Positions 35,023 through 44,714 of a DNA stretch of 64,000 nt are shown piece by piece. The position numbers and the translations under genes are program-made. The first letter of the stretch is position 1; each line of letters opens with the position of its first letter. The notes beneath the pieces are model-generated. The model ran no database searches. It was not told where the DNA came from and worked only from the letters and a program-made list of their open reading frames with translations. Origin of the DNA: a virus (taxonomy: Duplodnaviria; Caudoviricetes); IMG/VR virus record IMGVR_UViG_2823261200_000003, positions 1-64,000 of that record. One strand, written 5' to 3'.

Positions 35023-35653
35023 TTTGGTATTCCTCATAGGTTTGCGACCAGCCGATTGACCAGTCATATTCAAGCGGATTTTCCGCTTGTTCTAACAAAA
35101 TTTTGTGCATATAGGCGTTTTCAAACATTTTTTCTTTGAGCGTTTTCGCCGCGTTCCACACCGCTTTGAATTTGTCAAAATCTAACGGTTGAGCGGTGTT
35201 ATCCGCACAAATCAGGGTGAAAATACGTGGCTCGCCGTTTTCTTCCGTTTTGCCGTTTAAGTCAAAATCCGCTTTGATTTCAACCAACGTGGCACGCCCT
35301 TTTTCGTCCGTGTCCACCCATTTTTCGATTGCTGGCACGTAAACACCGCCGTTTACGCACGTATCGCGTCTGGCATTAATTTGATTGCGGATTTGGGCAC
35401 GTTGTTGAGTGAGTAGCTCGGCTTGTTTTGACTCATCAAGCACCCATTCCGTGCCTTGCAATCTGTGATATGGGCTGGGTTGTGGCTCAACAAGCATCGG
35501 ATAACCTTGCTCGTTGGCTACGATTTGCTTGCCTTGCGATTGCCCCTCCAGCAACGTGCGGTAGGTTTCGTCGCTGATTTTTACCGCACCTTCAGGTGCT
35601 TGTGTTAAATCTAGGTAAAATCCCGCTTTGTAATACATTGTCATTATTTCCAT
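35000..35653 (-). CDS. Tail fibre assembly protein (DUF4376-like C-terminus)
   Basis: GFY..PEGAVKIS..LLEGQSQGKQI; follows the fibre gene. Confidence 0.75.
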   Translation of the reverse strand: MEIMTMYYKAGFYLDLTQAPEGAVKISDETYRTLLEGQSQGKQIVANEQGYPMLVEPQPSPYHRLQGTEWVLDESKQAELLTQQRAQIRNQINARRDTCVNGGVYVPAIEKWVDTDEKGRATLVEIKADFDLNGKTEENGEPRIFTLICADNTAQPLDFDKFKAVWNAAKTLKEKMFENAYMHKILLEQAENPLEYDWSIGWSQTYEEYQNEQEKSI

Positions 35654-36969
35654 CTCCCGATTGCTAAAAATTGTATGCGAACATTGCCTTGATTAGAGCC
35701 ACCGTGCTCATACTCGTGATAATAACAAGTTGCATTATTAGATTTTGTTAATATATTTACATCTGCATCGTGAGAACCTCCGATAGAAGTTGTTACCTTT
35801 GAAAAAATTAATGGTGTATCAACAAAAGCTATAGCCCAGTTAAATGATTTTTCAAACCATTCATACAAATCATTCTGCCTGATTGTATAAGTTTGTATCA
35901 TTGTCCCATCGGGATATTTCCTAATCTGGAAATTGCCAATTTTTTGATAAGTGATGAGACTTTGGATTTTCTCGTCAACCCAACCCTGATACGCGACTGT
36001 TTCGTTTTTATCTACTCGGGGGAAAGCAACATAACGAGTATCCCCATTAGCAAAGCGATACATAAAGTTAAAGCGCGGATCATCTTTAGATGCAGGATTA
36101 ACTTCCCATCGCCAATAACCGCCATCGGGTAGGGTGGCGCGGACACGCTCCCATCTGTTGCCAGTAATATTAATAAGACCTGTTGCAGTGAGATTTGGTG
36201 CGGTAACATTGCCCGTAAACGTCCCGCCAAGTTCGGTCATAATGCGCTTTTGGCCAAGGTGATTGCCATTGGCGTCAAAGGCTGTTGTAAAGATATCCCA
36301 AGCAGTATTGCCCGTTAAGCTACCATAAGCAAAGCAAATCCCCCTTGCGTGAGCATTGGTGCTGTAGTGTGGGTGGGTAATGTGCATCATCAACCCATTG
36401 AGCGGGAGATTATTAAGTCTATCGCCATTAGGGCGGTAAAAGCCGCTGTAGGTATAGCCATTAGCCTTGGTGTAGTCGATGGTCTTCAAAAATGCCTCGC
36501 CACCAACCTTATCTAGCTTGATGCCGTTAAGGTCATACACTGCCTTACTTGTGGCTACGGTGTCTTCACTTTCACTGTTGGTGGCACTGGATTTTTGATT
36601 GGTACGAATAAATTCGTTAATTTCATCCAGATCGATTGCCCAGCGTTTCCATTTATCTGTATCAGCGGTATTAGGTGGACTATTTTTGTTTTGCATTAAG
36701 GCACGATAGGTTTTGCCTTGATGTTGTACATATGCTCCTTTCGGGTAATCTAAGGTTGCTGACCATTCAGGCAAGCCTCGTTGTAAATGGTAAAGTAGAT
36801 TTTCGTCAATGCGTTTGAACAGGAAGTTAAACCATTCCATAGGTGGAATACCTTCTGTTTGTTCAAAAGTGATCCCCCATCCTCTTAACATATCAGGAAA
36901 GTTATCGATCTCGTTTCGTTTAGCTTGGCTTGCGAAGATCTGTTCGTCAGGTTTATTGGCAATGCTCAT
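35644..36969 (-). CDS. Tail fibre protein
   Basis: GIPPMEWFN, SEDTVATSKAV repeat, C-terminal RKYPDGTMIQ..AIGRWK. Confidence 0.85.
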   Translation of the reverse strand: MSIANKPDEQIFASQAKRNEIDNFPDMLRGWGITFEQTEGIPPMEWFNFLFKRIDENLLYHLQRGLPEWSATLDYPKGAYVQHQGKTYRALMQNKNSPPNTADTDKWKRWAIDLDEINEFIRTNQKSSATNSESEDTVATSKAVYDLNGIKLDKVGGEAFLKTIDYTKANGYTYSGFYRPNGDRLNNLPLNGLMMHITHPHYSTNAHARGICFAYGSLTGNTAWDIFTTAFDANGNHLGQKRIMTELGGTFTGNVTAPNLTATGLINITGNRWERVRATLPDGGYWRWEVNPASKDDPRFNFMYRFANGDTRYVAFPRVDKNETVAYQGWVDEKIQSLITYQKIGNFQIRKYPDGTMIQTYTIRQNDLYEWFEKSFNWAIAFVDTPLIFSKVTTSIGGSHDADVNILTKSNNATCYYHEYEHGGSNQGNVRIQFLAIGRWK

Positions 36970-36973
36970 TGCT

Positions 36974-37552
36974 TTACTCCGTTAATTGATAGTGAAATTT
37001 TACGCCCGCTTGTCTTGGGAGGATGTCTAAATGCTCAATGGCAAACTTCTTAAAATCCGTCATTTTATGTCGTGGAATATCAATAGATACGCTCATATCA
37101 TAGTTATCCATAACCTGACATTTCACCCCAAAAACAAACTGGCACGCGTCGATAAGGTTCGCTACCGTGCCAGTTTGATAATTTCTTAAAATTCGGCATT
37201 TAATTAAAAAGCGGTAATCGTCATCGCTAAGCCTCACCGCGTCTCTTAACGGGTCACGCTTGCGGTACCACTGTCCGCCCCCTTGCCATCGTCGTTTAAA
37301 CGGCATTGCCAAAGGCGAACCACGAAAGCCAAAAAACTTACGCAACTGGTAGCCATTAATCACGCGAGGTTGCCCTACGTGTTTACCAACCAAGTCAAGA
37401 TTAGCTCCTGTTGCCGTTTCAATGTCCATCACCTCAGGCAAGCGTGATAAATCGACAAATCCTTGAGCAATCTCTTGTTCAAAAAGCTTGATGGTGGCAA
37501 GGGCTTTAGGTTTATGGCGATATTGCCAGATGAGTAATTTGTGATAGTGCAT
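36974..37552 (-). CDS. Baseplate protein (DUF2612-like)
   Basis: LIWQY, LDLVGKHVG, LSDDDYR, ILPRQAGV. Confidence 0.8.
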   Translation of the reverse strand: MHYHKLLIWQYRHKPKALATIKLFEQEIAQGFVDLSRLPEVMDIETATGANLDLVGKHVGQPRVINGYQLRKFFGFRGSPLAMPFKRRWQGGGQWYRKRDPLRDAVRLSDDDYRFLIKCRILRNYQTGTVANLIDACQFVFGVKCQVMDNYDMSVSIDIPRHKMTDFKKFAIEHLDILPRQAGVKFHYQLTE

Positions 37553-38682
37553 TATTCCACCTCAATGGTGATGTCTGAGGATAAAATGCGGGCAATTTCT
37601 CGTGGCTGAATAGGGATGTTTTCTGCCTGTTTTGTTTGCCCTTTACGAGCGATTTTGAGGGATTTTACCCAGAACCCGCCGATAGTGTTAATCGGTGAAT
37701 AAAGCCTTGATAGCGAGATGGATTGCCCGATAGCAAAGGTTAATGCAGATAGTACTTTTTTAATCCCCTCTTTATCTATTTCAGTGAAGTCCTCGTAGCG
37801 TACCGCTGTGATAGCAATTTCAATATCTACCGGCACTGCACGATCGAAATAAACCGTTTGCCTTTCAAACTCAACCGCTGTGTTGCCTTGCAACCCTACC
37901 CCCGCTCCTTTATTGTGATAAATCACCTTGGCAATATCGCGATCAAGTCCGCCATCAACAATGACGTTAATACTGTGTGGATTAACGCCTTTCTTGTCTA
38001 TGGAAGCGGTATTATTCTCTAGCACCACAACCTGTTTCACATCATTGAGTTCGCTGATTTTCGCTTCTATTGCCAATACGGAATTTATCGCGTTTCTTGC
38101 TCGGCTTAGAAAAAAGCGGTGGCGTAGTTCGGCATCGGTTTCCTCTTCTGTGCCTAGCTGGCTTGTTTCACTTGTTGTGGCAGTGGCGAGACCTAAGGTT
38201 ACGGTTTCAATCGTTAGCGTTTCACTTTGTGCAACACTAAACGCCCCTAATAATTCACTGCGGAAATCTGCACGGGCAGATCCTTCTTGATTAAGTTGCG
38301 TATCTTGCACGAGAACCCATCGCCCTTTTTGTGGATCTGAAACAACTAACCCCGCATAAAGTGTTGTGTAGGGATCGCCGGTTAAAATCACTGAGCGTAA
38401 ATAGCTGTAACTGGCAGTTCGCCGAATAAGCCCAGCGTAGGCGACACGCTGATCTAGCCACGCCCCACTGGCAACATCAGGATCGAGCTGTTTATAAATC
38501 ATTTCTGCGAGTTCTTCGATATCCATTCGCATTTGAGCCAATATGCCTATCATTTGCCCATCTGGTGTATCGGGAGCGAGATTAATATTTTGTCCGTAAA
38601 TAGTACGGAAACCATTTTCTAGCCGTTCCACTAAGGTATCTAACCGCTCAATGGTGATGCCGTTTTCTGTTATTTTTGCCAT
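37552..38682 (-). CDS. Baseplate J/gp47-like protein
   Basis: DTPDGQ, ETDAELR, PHSINVIVDGG. Confidence 0.85.
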   Translation of the reverse strand: MAKITENGITIERLDTLVERLENGFRTIYGQNINLAPDTPDGQMIGILAQMRMDIEELAEMIYKQLDPDVASGAWLDQRVAYAGLIRRTASYSYLRSVILTGDPYTTLYAGLVVSDPQKGRWVLVQDTQLNQEGSARADFRSELLGAFSVAQSETLTIETVTLGLATATTSETSQLGTEEETDAELRHRFFLSRARNAINSVLAIEAKISELNDVKQVVVLENNTASIDKKGVNPHSINVIVDGGLDRDIAKVIYHNKGAGVGLQGNTAVEFERQTVYFDRAVPVDIEIAITAVRYEDFTEIDKEGIKKVLSALTFAIGQSISLSRLYSPINTIGGFWVKSLKIARKGQTKQAENIPIQPREIARILSSDITIEVE

Positions 38683-38732
38683 AGATTATCCTTATTTTCG
38701 TGTATCGCGATGCTTTACATTTTTATTTAGCC

Positions 38733-39083
38733 TTAATAACTCACGCGATGTTCTAGACCGTAGATATCTAAATAATTAATTGAGAGAGTAAGTTTTCTCG
38801 TATTGGGGTCAAAACGCGATTGATAATGAGTAATTTGTTTTACCCCTTCGGTTTCAAGCACTTGTTTTTTCACTTGCATTTCTAGCTCACTCAGATCTAC
38901 CGCCCGCCCCATTTTCTCAATCCAAGGCAAGCCGTGATCTAAGTCTAAAAACCAATCATTTGCGAATGACCAAAGACGGCATTGCACATTTTGTGCTATG
39001 CCCTCAGAATGATCGGCATAATTGGCTCTGCCTTGTCCAAAGGTCCAGTCGTGATTGTGATCTAATCGTCGTACTTTTATCAT
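38733..39083 (-). CDS. Baseplate wedge (gp25/W-like) protein
   Basis: DWTFG, IAQNV, WFLDLDHGLPW. Confidence 0.75.
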   Translation of the reverse strand: MIKVRRLDHNHDWTFGQGRANYADHSEGIAQNVQCRLWSFANDWFLDLDHGLPWIEKMGRAVDLSELEMQVKKQVLETEGVKQITHYQSRFDPNTRKLTLSINYLDIYGLEHRVSY

Positions 39084-39727
39084 TTTGGCTGTCCTGTTGT
39101 TCCCCCACTATCGCCGCTATGGGTGTGAGATTTGCCTGATACCCCGCCTGCAATCACATCAGTTTGTCCCGTCAGCGTTCCTGTTGTTGTGGTGTTGCCT
39201 ATCTGCTGTGTATTACCATTGTGCGTAATATCGCCCTTAATGGTAATGCTTCCCTCTACCATACGGATAAAGGTGTTACCACTCAATGTTTGAAGCGATA
39301 ACCCTGCCGCAAAAAAATTTTTAACACATTGCGGTTGCGAACAAATACCTGGAATAAACATCGCGTCAGAGAGATCGTGAAAACGGTGATCTAACGGCTC
39401 GCTGGCGTTACCTGATTGCCACCAGCCATCAATACAACGTTCACTAAAAATAGCGATCCCTTCATCACCTGCACGCAACGGAAATGTTATGGCAAAGCCT
39501 CCCCCGCGTGGATAGCAGATCGGTACGTCCATTAAAGGAGGAATAGCAATACTTTTCCCATCAACTAACACCTGCTTAATTTGCACCGCAAGGCTCACCG
39601 TTTGCTTGGTCGGATGAAAATGTATAACTTTGGCGGGCAATGCCGTATGTAATTGTCGTAAGGTGTTTTGAATTTGAATATCTGTCGCACTTTCAGGTGT
39701 TGCGGTTTGATATTGGAAATCAGTCAT
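39080..39727 (-). CDS. Baseplate spike (Gp138-like)
   Basis: GDEG..FSERCID, RFHDLSDA, terminal HTH iron-binding motif. Confidence 0.85.
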   Translation of the reverse strand: MTDFQYQTATPESATDIQIQNTLRQLHTALPAKVIHFHPTKQTVSLAVQIKQVLVDGKSIAIPPLMDVPICYPRGGGFAITFPLRAGDEGIAIFSERCIDGWWQSGNASEPLDHRFHDLSDAMFIPGICSQPQCVKNFFAAGLSLQTLSGNTFIRMVEGSITIKGDITHNGNTQQIGNTTTTGTLTGQTDVIAGGVSGKSHTHSGDSGGTTGQPK

Positions 39728-40560
39728 TTTTTACTTTCCCCTTTCACTTTATTAAACTTGCCGCCAACTACGGTCATTTTGCTTAGCCAATCCCCACCTA
39801 GACCGTCACCATTATGCGAGAGTTTGACAATTTTGTACTCACCATTGAAATATTCGATAATAGACTGCACCTTGACAAGTCCGCCAATTTGCAATGCGGG
39901 ATTAAGTAAACAAGTCAGCTCCAAACCATCATCGGTTTGTTCTGGCGTACCTATCATCCCCGTTGCTTGGTTTAATAATACCGCCTCATCATTAAGCACC
40001 TTGTCATAAGGAAGAAAAAGCAACTTGCCATCTTGAATTGACCAGTTTGCTTTATTATTTTTAGCGATACGATTAAGGATCTCTCGGCTATCACCATTTA
40101 ATACTCTTGCACGGGGTAATTGACGTTTATTGACGACATCTTGCGTCCCCGCCTCAAGTGCGGGCATATTTTTTTGCACTTCCGCGAGGATTTGTTCATC
40201 CGTTGCCCCTGAATTTAACGTGATATTTGAACGCCCTTGCGTGTAGGCTTGATGCCCATCTGCACATTCAAGCTCTAAAATAAAATCAAGTCCTTCACGC
40301 TTGATTTTTGCCTTAGTAATATCCCCTTGATAAATCTGACTAATTCGCTGATACCCCACCGATAACCTCACCTTTTTAAACTGTTGGCTTAACAATTGAT
40401 TGATATGATTACGGTTTAGATTCCATATTTGAATCTGGGCTGGGTTAGGTTTTTCGCTTATGGTCTTATCGATAGAAAAAGCCACTCGCAGTTGGGTGAT
40501 TGATAGGGTCTCACTGTCGCTGATTAAATCAAGTTTCCATTGCCGTCCGAACTGTTTCAT
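39724..40560 (-). CDS. Baseplate hub protein
   Basis: IWNLN, WSIQDG, TGMIGTP, CLLNP; position. Confidence 0.75.
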   Translation of the reverse strand: MKQFGRQWKLDLISDSETLSITQLRVAFSIDKTISEKPNPAQIQIWNLNRNHINQLLSQQFKKVRLSVGYQRISQIYQGDITKAKIKREGLDFILELECADGHQAYTQGRSNITLNSGATDEQILAEVQKNMPALEAGTQDVVNKRQLPRARVLNGDSREILNRIAKNNKANWSIQDGKLLFLPYDKVLNDEAVLLNQATGMIGTPEQTDDGLELTCLLNPALQIGGLVKVQSIIEYFNGEYKIVKLSHNGDGLGGDWLSKMTVVGGKFNKVKGESKK

Positions 40561-40865
40561 ACTTTGGCCTCAATAAATAGCTGACAACGATTGGCTAAAT
40601 CCTCAACAGTAGTTGGATCTAAATGTGTTTTGCTTAACTCCATTAGCCAAAACTGATAGGGTTGTGATGTGCGGTGCAATAATGGCACACCAATAGCGAG
40701 TGCCATCCCTTCACAGATTGTGCGTTGGTTGATCGGCTCGCTTACGTCCATCACCCAGCATTGCCCAATACTGTTATAACGTAATGTCAGTTTAATTTTC
40801 ACCCCGTTAAAATCAAATACTTGCTCTTGATAAGGGGCGTTTGTAATTGGAAGTTGATACCACAT
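40557..40865 (-). CDS. Small baseplate protein
   Basis: Position; LRYNS..W. Confidence 0.65.
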   Translation of the reverse strand: MWYQLPITNAPYQEQVFDFNGVKIKLTLRYNSIGQCWVMDVSEPINQRTICEGMALAIGVPLLHRTSQPYQFWLMELSKTHLDPTTVEDLANRCQLFIEAKV

Positions 40866-40868
40866 CGT

Positions 40869-41630
40869 TTAACTCCGCAAATTATTCAGCCAAGATTTTA
40901 TCTTTTCAGCCGCTTTAGGTTGAGTGATTCCTTGATTGACTTTACTCGCAGATTGCACACTTGCCCGCCCACTTTTTTTATTCCCCATTACTCCCTTTAT
41001 TGATTTTGTTTCGACAATAAAAATCTCGCGGGCAGTCAGGGTAAATTCAGCCGAACCGTCCGCCGTTTGTTTTACGCTAACTGATTGTAATAGCATATTT
41101 TGGTAAAGGTGTAAGCCCGTTTGAATATCAATGGTTTCACCTGACTTTTGACAGGCGATTAAATCCGCATAGCATTTTTTTACTCTGCTGCTATTCGGTG
41201 AACTATCAAGCAGATTACCTAACCCAAAATCCGGTAAAAAAGGGGCTAAGGCTCTGACTTGCCCGAAAACTTGCTGAGCCTGAGCAGCCATTCCTAACCC
41301 TTGACTAAGTAGTCGCGTTGCTTTACTCAAAGTTTGTGCGGTTTGCATAGCAAAAGGAACAGGTAAAGGCAATTGGTTAAGAAAATCTGTTGCTCCCCGA
41401 ATGTGAGGAAGCCCCAATTCAGACAATCCTAAACCTTGCTGATCGTGATCGACCATTACCCCTACAATCGTGATTTGTTTAGGTTGCAATACGCTGTGAT
41501 CCGCAATGCTTGCTCCAGACTCAATCGGATTTTCCGTAATGGATAATTCCGATTGATGGCTCTCTTCTGTCGTCGCATCTAATTTAATATTACCGATCGC
41601 ACGGTTAGAAATTTGTACAAAATCTAACAT
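40869..41630 (-). CDS. Tail-tube initiator/baseplate protein
   Basis: EESHQSELSITENPIESGASIADH; follows the tape measure gene. Confidence 0.7.
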   Translation of the reverse strand: MLDFVQISNRAIGNIKLDATTEESHQSELSITENPIESGASIADHSVLQPKQITIVGVMVDHDQQGLGLSELGLPHIRGATDFLNQLPLPVPFAMQTAQTLSKATRLLSQGLGMAAQAQQVFGQVRALAPFLPDFGLGNLLDSSPNSSRVKKCYADLIACQKSGETIDIQTGLHLYQNMLLQSVSVKQTADGSAEFTLTAREIFIVETKSIKGVMGNKKSGRASVQSASKVNQGITQPKAAEKIKSWLNNLRS

Positions 41631-41717
41631 AATTATTGCCTTTTTTATTATTTCCTTTTTTATCAGTTCCGTGCCGTAAAACTCCGTCCTTTAGGTGGGG
41701 GGGGGAGAGGATATTAA

Positions 41718-41782
41718 GTCCTACAACAAGAAATAAAATCGCTAACGCATTAGGGATCAACCCTGAACAACTTGATTTCTAA
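41718..41782 (+). pseudogene. C-terminal remnant of an HTH (HigA-like) gene: PTTRNKIANALGINPEQLDF
   Basis: KIANALGI HTH tail with no upstream part. Confidence 0.5.
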
Positions 41783-41784
41783 CT

Positions 41785-43719
41785 TCACATTGCGAAGCTA
41801 GATTGTCCATTTTGAATTGTGCGATTGACTTCATTAGCGATCAATTTTGCGTCTTGTTGAGGGTTTCCTGAGCTTTGCAAGGTAATGTTCGTCGTTACCT
41901 TGTTGTTGCTATTTTTTACGCTGTTATCCGCGTTATTCGCAACCGCCCCTGCGGCAGGAAGTGCGGTCGGATTGAGATCGTTTTTCTCCGCCTTATCACC
42001 GCCAAACCAGCCACTGAACCACCCTCCGCCTTCTTTGTCAGAAGAGAAAAATCCCTTTACCCCTTCAACAATCGGCTTAATGTAAGTATCGTATTTTTCC
42101 GTTACCCAATTAAACGCCGCCTCAAAAGGCTTTTTGATAAAATCAGTGACTTGAGCAAAATTCTCTTTCACATTTTCTACGCTAATTTCTTTGCCGGTAA
42201 ACAGATCCCAAAGGGTTTTGACGAACGTAAATCCGGCTTTAAACGGAAAGGTGATAATCTCAATCACAGTGTTAAAAATCTCTGAGAGGGAAGACATACT
42301 AAACCATTGGGTAAATTGATTCCATTTCGCTTTTACCCATTTGAACGCGAGGCGAAACGGCGAGGTGATAATCTGCCATAAGCCCGATAGTACCGATCCG
42401 AGCATTGTTATACTCGCTTTGACTAAATGAACCATAAGGTTAAAGAAATTTTTAGCCACCTTGATCGCCCCGCTTATCATTTTAGTAAAGCCTTGTGCAA
42501 TCAGATCGCCATCACCGCTAAATATCCCTTGTAGGAAATTCCAAAGCCCATTCAGATAATCCCAAAGCCCTGAAAATAGCTCAATAACATAATGAATGCT
42601 TTCTTCCACCCAAGCCTTCATCAGTGCAAATATCGGCTGTAGCTCCTCAAGTTTTTGTTGAATTTTTGCGATAACCTTAATCACAGGCTCCCAGGCTTTG
42701 CCAAAATAGCTTTCGCCACCTTGCATATACACAATAAGATCGTCGATTAAGGCGATCAACCCCACTAAAGCGGCACAAATTGCGGTAACGGCGAGTAGCA
42801 TTGGGTTTGTTGCTAAGGTAATGAGCAATTTCCGATTTAACCAGGCGACGGCCGCCCCGACAAGATAAATGACATTTTTCCAGCCGATAGTTGCCGAAAT
42901 AACCCGATCTAACGCGTTGATAAAGCCGCTTATAAAGCGAATGACTTTACTCAGTTTATCGACAAATTTCGTCAAGGTGCCTTTAATGAGCTGATTGTTG
43001 GTAATAAACCATTGCTTAAATATCGCAATAAGCTCTCGCACGACGGGGGATAGACGAAGCGAAACAAACTCACTCACCCCTTTAATGATTTGCCAGAACT
43101 CCGTCATAGCATCTTTAAACGCGGCTGCCTCATCCGCATTTTCAGCCGTACCTAACGAAAGAGCTTCCGCATTTTGCAATGCTGCTTCCATTTGCTCATT
43201 GCTTAATCGCAGTGTCTGAATCATTGAGGCATCAATACCGAGTTTAGCTAACATCGCAATTTGCTGTTGTTCGCTCAACCCTTTCATTTTTTGGCGAATC
43301 TCTTCCATCATTTCAGAAGCGGTTTTCACATCGCCATTGGCTTTTTTCGCACTCAATCCATAATGCTCGAAGGCTTTCGCACCTAAGCCGACACCATTTG
43401 CTGCTTCACCGATCGTGCGAGAAAGCCCCGCAATGGAGGCTTGAGCTGCCTCTGCGGATGAGCCATTGACTTCAGCGACTTTGCCGAGTAGTTGAATTTG
43501 TTTCGCTGATTCTCCCGTCACACGTGAAAGCTGAGCGATTTCATCAAGTGCGGTCAAATTTTTATCTAAAAAAACGCCGATCCCCACTGCCATTGCCCCG
43601 ATTGCCGCCCCGACAACCCCTGCGGCTTTCCCAACGGCTTTGAGTGTACTATCAAATTTTTTTAGTTTTCCTGTATCAGCCTCTACGGCAATTTTCACTA
43701 ATAACTCACTCAGTAGCAT
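41785..43719 (-). CDS. Tape measure protein
   Basis: Long Ala/Gly-rich helical protein with Trp/Phe periodicity after the chaperone. Confidence 0.85.
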   Translation of the reverse strand: MLLSELLVKIAVEADTGKLKKFDSTLKAVGKAAGVVGAAIGAMAVGIGVFLDKNLTALDEIAQLSRVTGESAKQIQLLGKVAEVNGSSAEAAQASIAGLSRTIGEAANGVGLGAKAFEHYGLSAKKANGDVKTASEMMEEIRQKMKGLSEQQQIAMLAKLGIDASMIQTLRLSNEQMEAALQNAEALSLGTAENADEAAAFKDAMTEFWQIIKGVSEFVSLRLSPVVRELIAIFKQWFITNNQLIKGTLTKFVDKLSKVIRFISGFINALDRVISATIGWKNVIYLVGAAVAWLNRKLLITLATNPMLLAVTAICAALVGLIALIDDLIVYMQGGESYFGKAWEPVIKVIAKIQQKLEELQPIFALMKAWVEESIHYVIELFSGLWDYLNGLWNFLQGIFSGDGDLIAQGFTKMISGAIKVAKNFFNLMVHLVKASITMLGSVLSGLWQIITSPFRLAFKWVKAKWNQFTQWFSMSSLSEIFNTVIEIITFPFKAGFTFVKTLWDLFTGKEISVENVKENFAQVTDFIKKPFEAAFNWVTEKYDTYIKPIVEGVKGFFSSDKEGGGWFSGWFGGDKAEKNDLNPTALPAAGAVANNADNSVKNSNNKVTTNITLQSSGNPQQDAKLIANEVNRTIQNGQSSFAM

Positions 43720-44274
43720 TTTGCTCAGCCTCCAACATTTCTACGACCACCGAATGAAAATCGAGCAAATCGCCTAAGCTATAGACCGTTCTTAAATCGT
43801 TTAGGGTGCAAAGGTTTTTCACAATCGGGGTAAAAATAAACCAATCAACTAAGGATTGGCAGGTTTGATGTCGTTTAGTGGATTGATTGAGGGTAGCATA
43901 TCTTTCAGCAATCCACCCCCACCGATAAAAAAATCCGCAAATTGATATCTCGTCCCGTTTATCAAAACGGGGAATAAATGCCCTCGATATTGATTAAAAT
44001 GTTTATCGAGCTGATGAGATAAACGATATTGCTGACCGTGTAGATTGGCAACGGTATGATTAAGTACAATCTCTTCAATTGCCTTGATCTCAGGTGAACC
44101 TAAATGAGCTAATAATGCCCCTAATACCGATTCACCGATTTTTGTGGTATCTTCGCCAAGCTGAATACCTTGTGCTAATTTCAATGCGTTTTTAAGTGCC
44201 GACCACGCCCCCATTGCATTAGCCGGTGTCATTCGGTATTCAACCTCATCTAATTGAAAAACAAACTCTTGCAT
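43706..44274 (-). CDS. Tail assembly chaperone (43849-44274) with -1 frameshift extension to 43706
   Basis: T TTT TTT slippery run at 43927-43933; -1 frame open to TGA at 43706 (VDWFIFTPIV..YSLGDLLDFH). Confidence 0.75.
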
Positions 44275-44276
44275 TG

Positions 44277-44705
44277 TTATACTCCTTTCTCAAGATTAAG
44301 CGTCATTTTTTCAAATTCAATCACCCAAGTTTGAGCGTTATGCCCCGCCCCACGCGTAAAACCGGTTGGGGTGGTGAAATAGCCTTTCGTTGCGGTCACC
44401 ACATCATCATTAAGTAAATCTCGAATAGATAGGGTCATCGGGCTAAAGGTTTTAATCGCGGATTTTTGTTGGTTAAATAATTTACTTAAATACGCATTGT
44501 CCTCAGAATGTTGCTTAATTTTTAGGGTAAGTTTGCCTGACGAATCAGGATTTGCCACAAAAACCCCTGTGCCATTTGCTCCAATTGTCCAGCTCCCCGC
44601 ATCTTGATTTTGCACCGCACTAATCACATCAGCACCGTCTGCCCAATCACTAATTTCTCTGCCGCCTAACAAAACAATCACTTGTTTTGGATCAAAAACC
44701 GCCAT
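44277..44705 (-). CDS. Tail tube protein
   Basis: 142 aa directly after the sheath gene. Confidence 0.8.
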   Translation of the reverse strand: MAVFDPKQVIVLLGGREISDWADGADVISAVQNQDAGSWTIGANGTGVFVANPDSSGKLTLKIKQHSEDNAYLSKLFNQQKSAIKTFSPMTLSIRDLLNDDVVTATKGYFTTPTGFTRGAGHNAQTWVIEFEKMTLNLEKGV

Positions 44706-44714
44706 AAAGCCTCC

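Noticed and set aside
35644-36969. Tail-fibre shufflon or invertible segment
   Set aside because: No invertase, no alternative fibre tips and no flanking inverted repeats seen.
41697-41705. G9 tract as a phase-variation switch
   Set aside because: Intergenic, not in a promoter spacer or an intact ORF; may be a homopolymer error.
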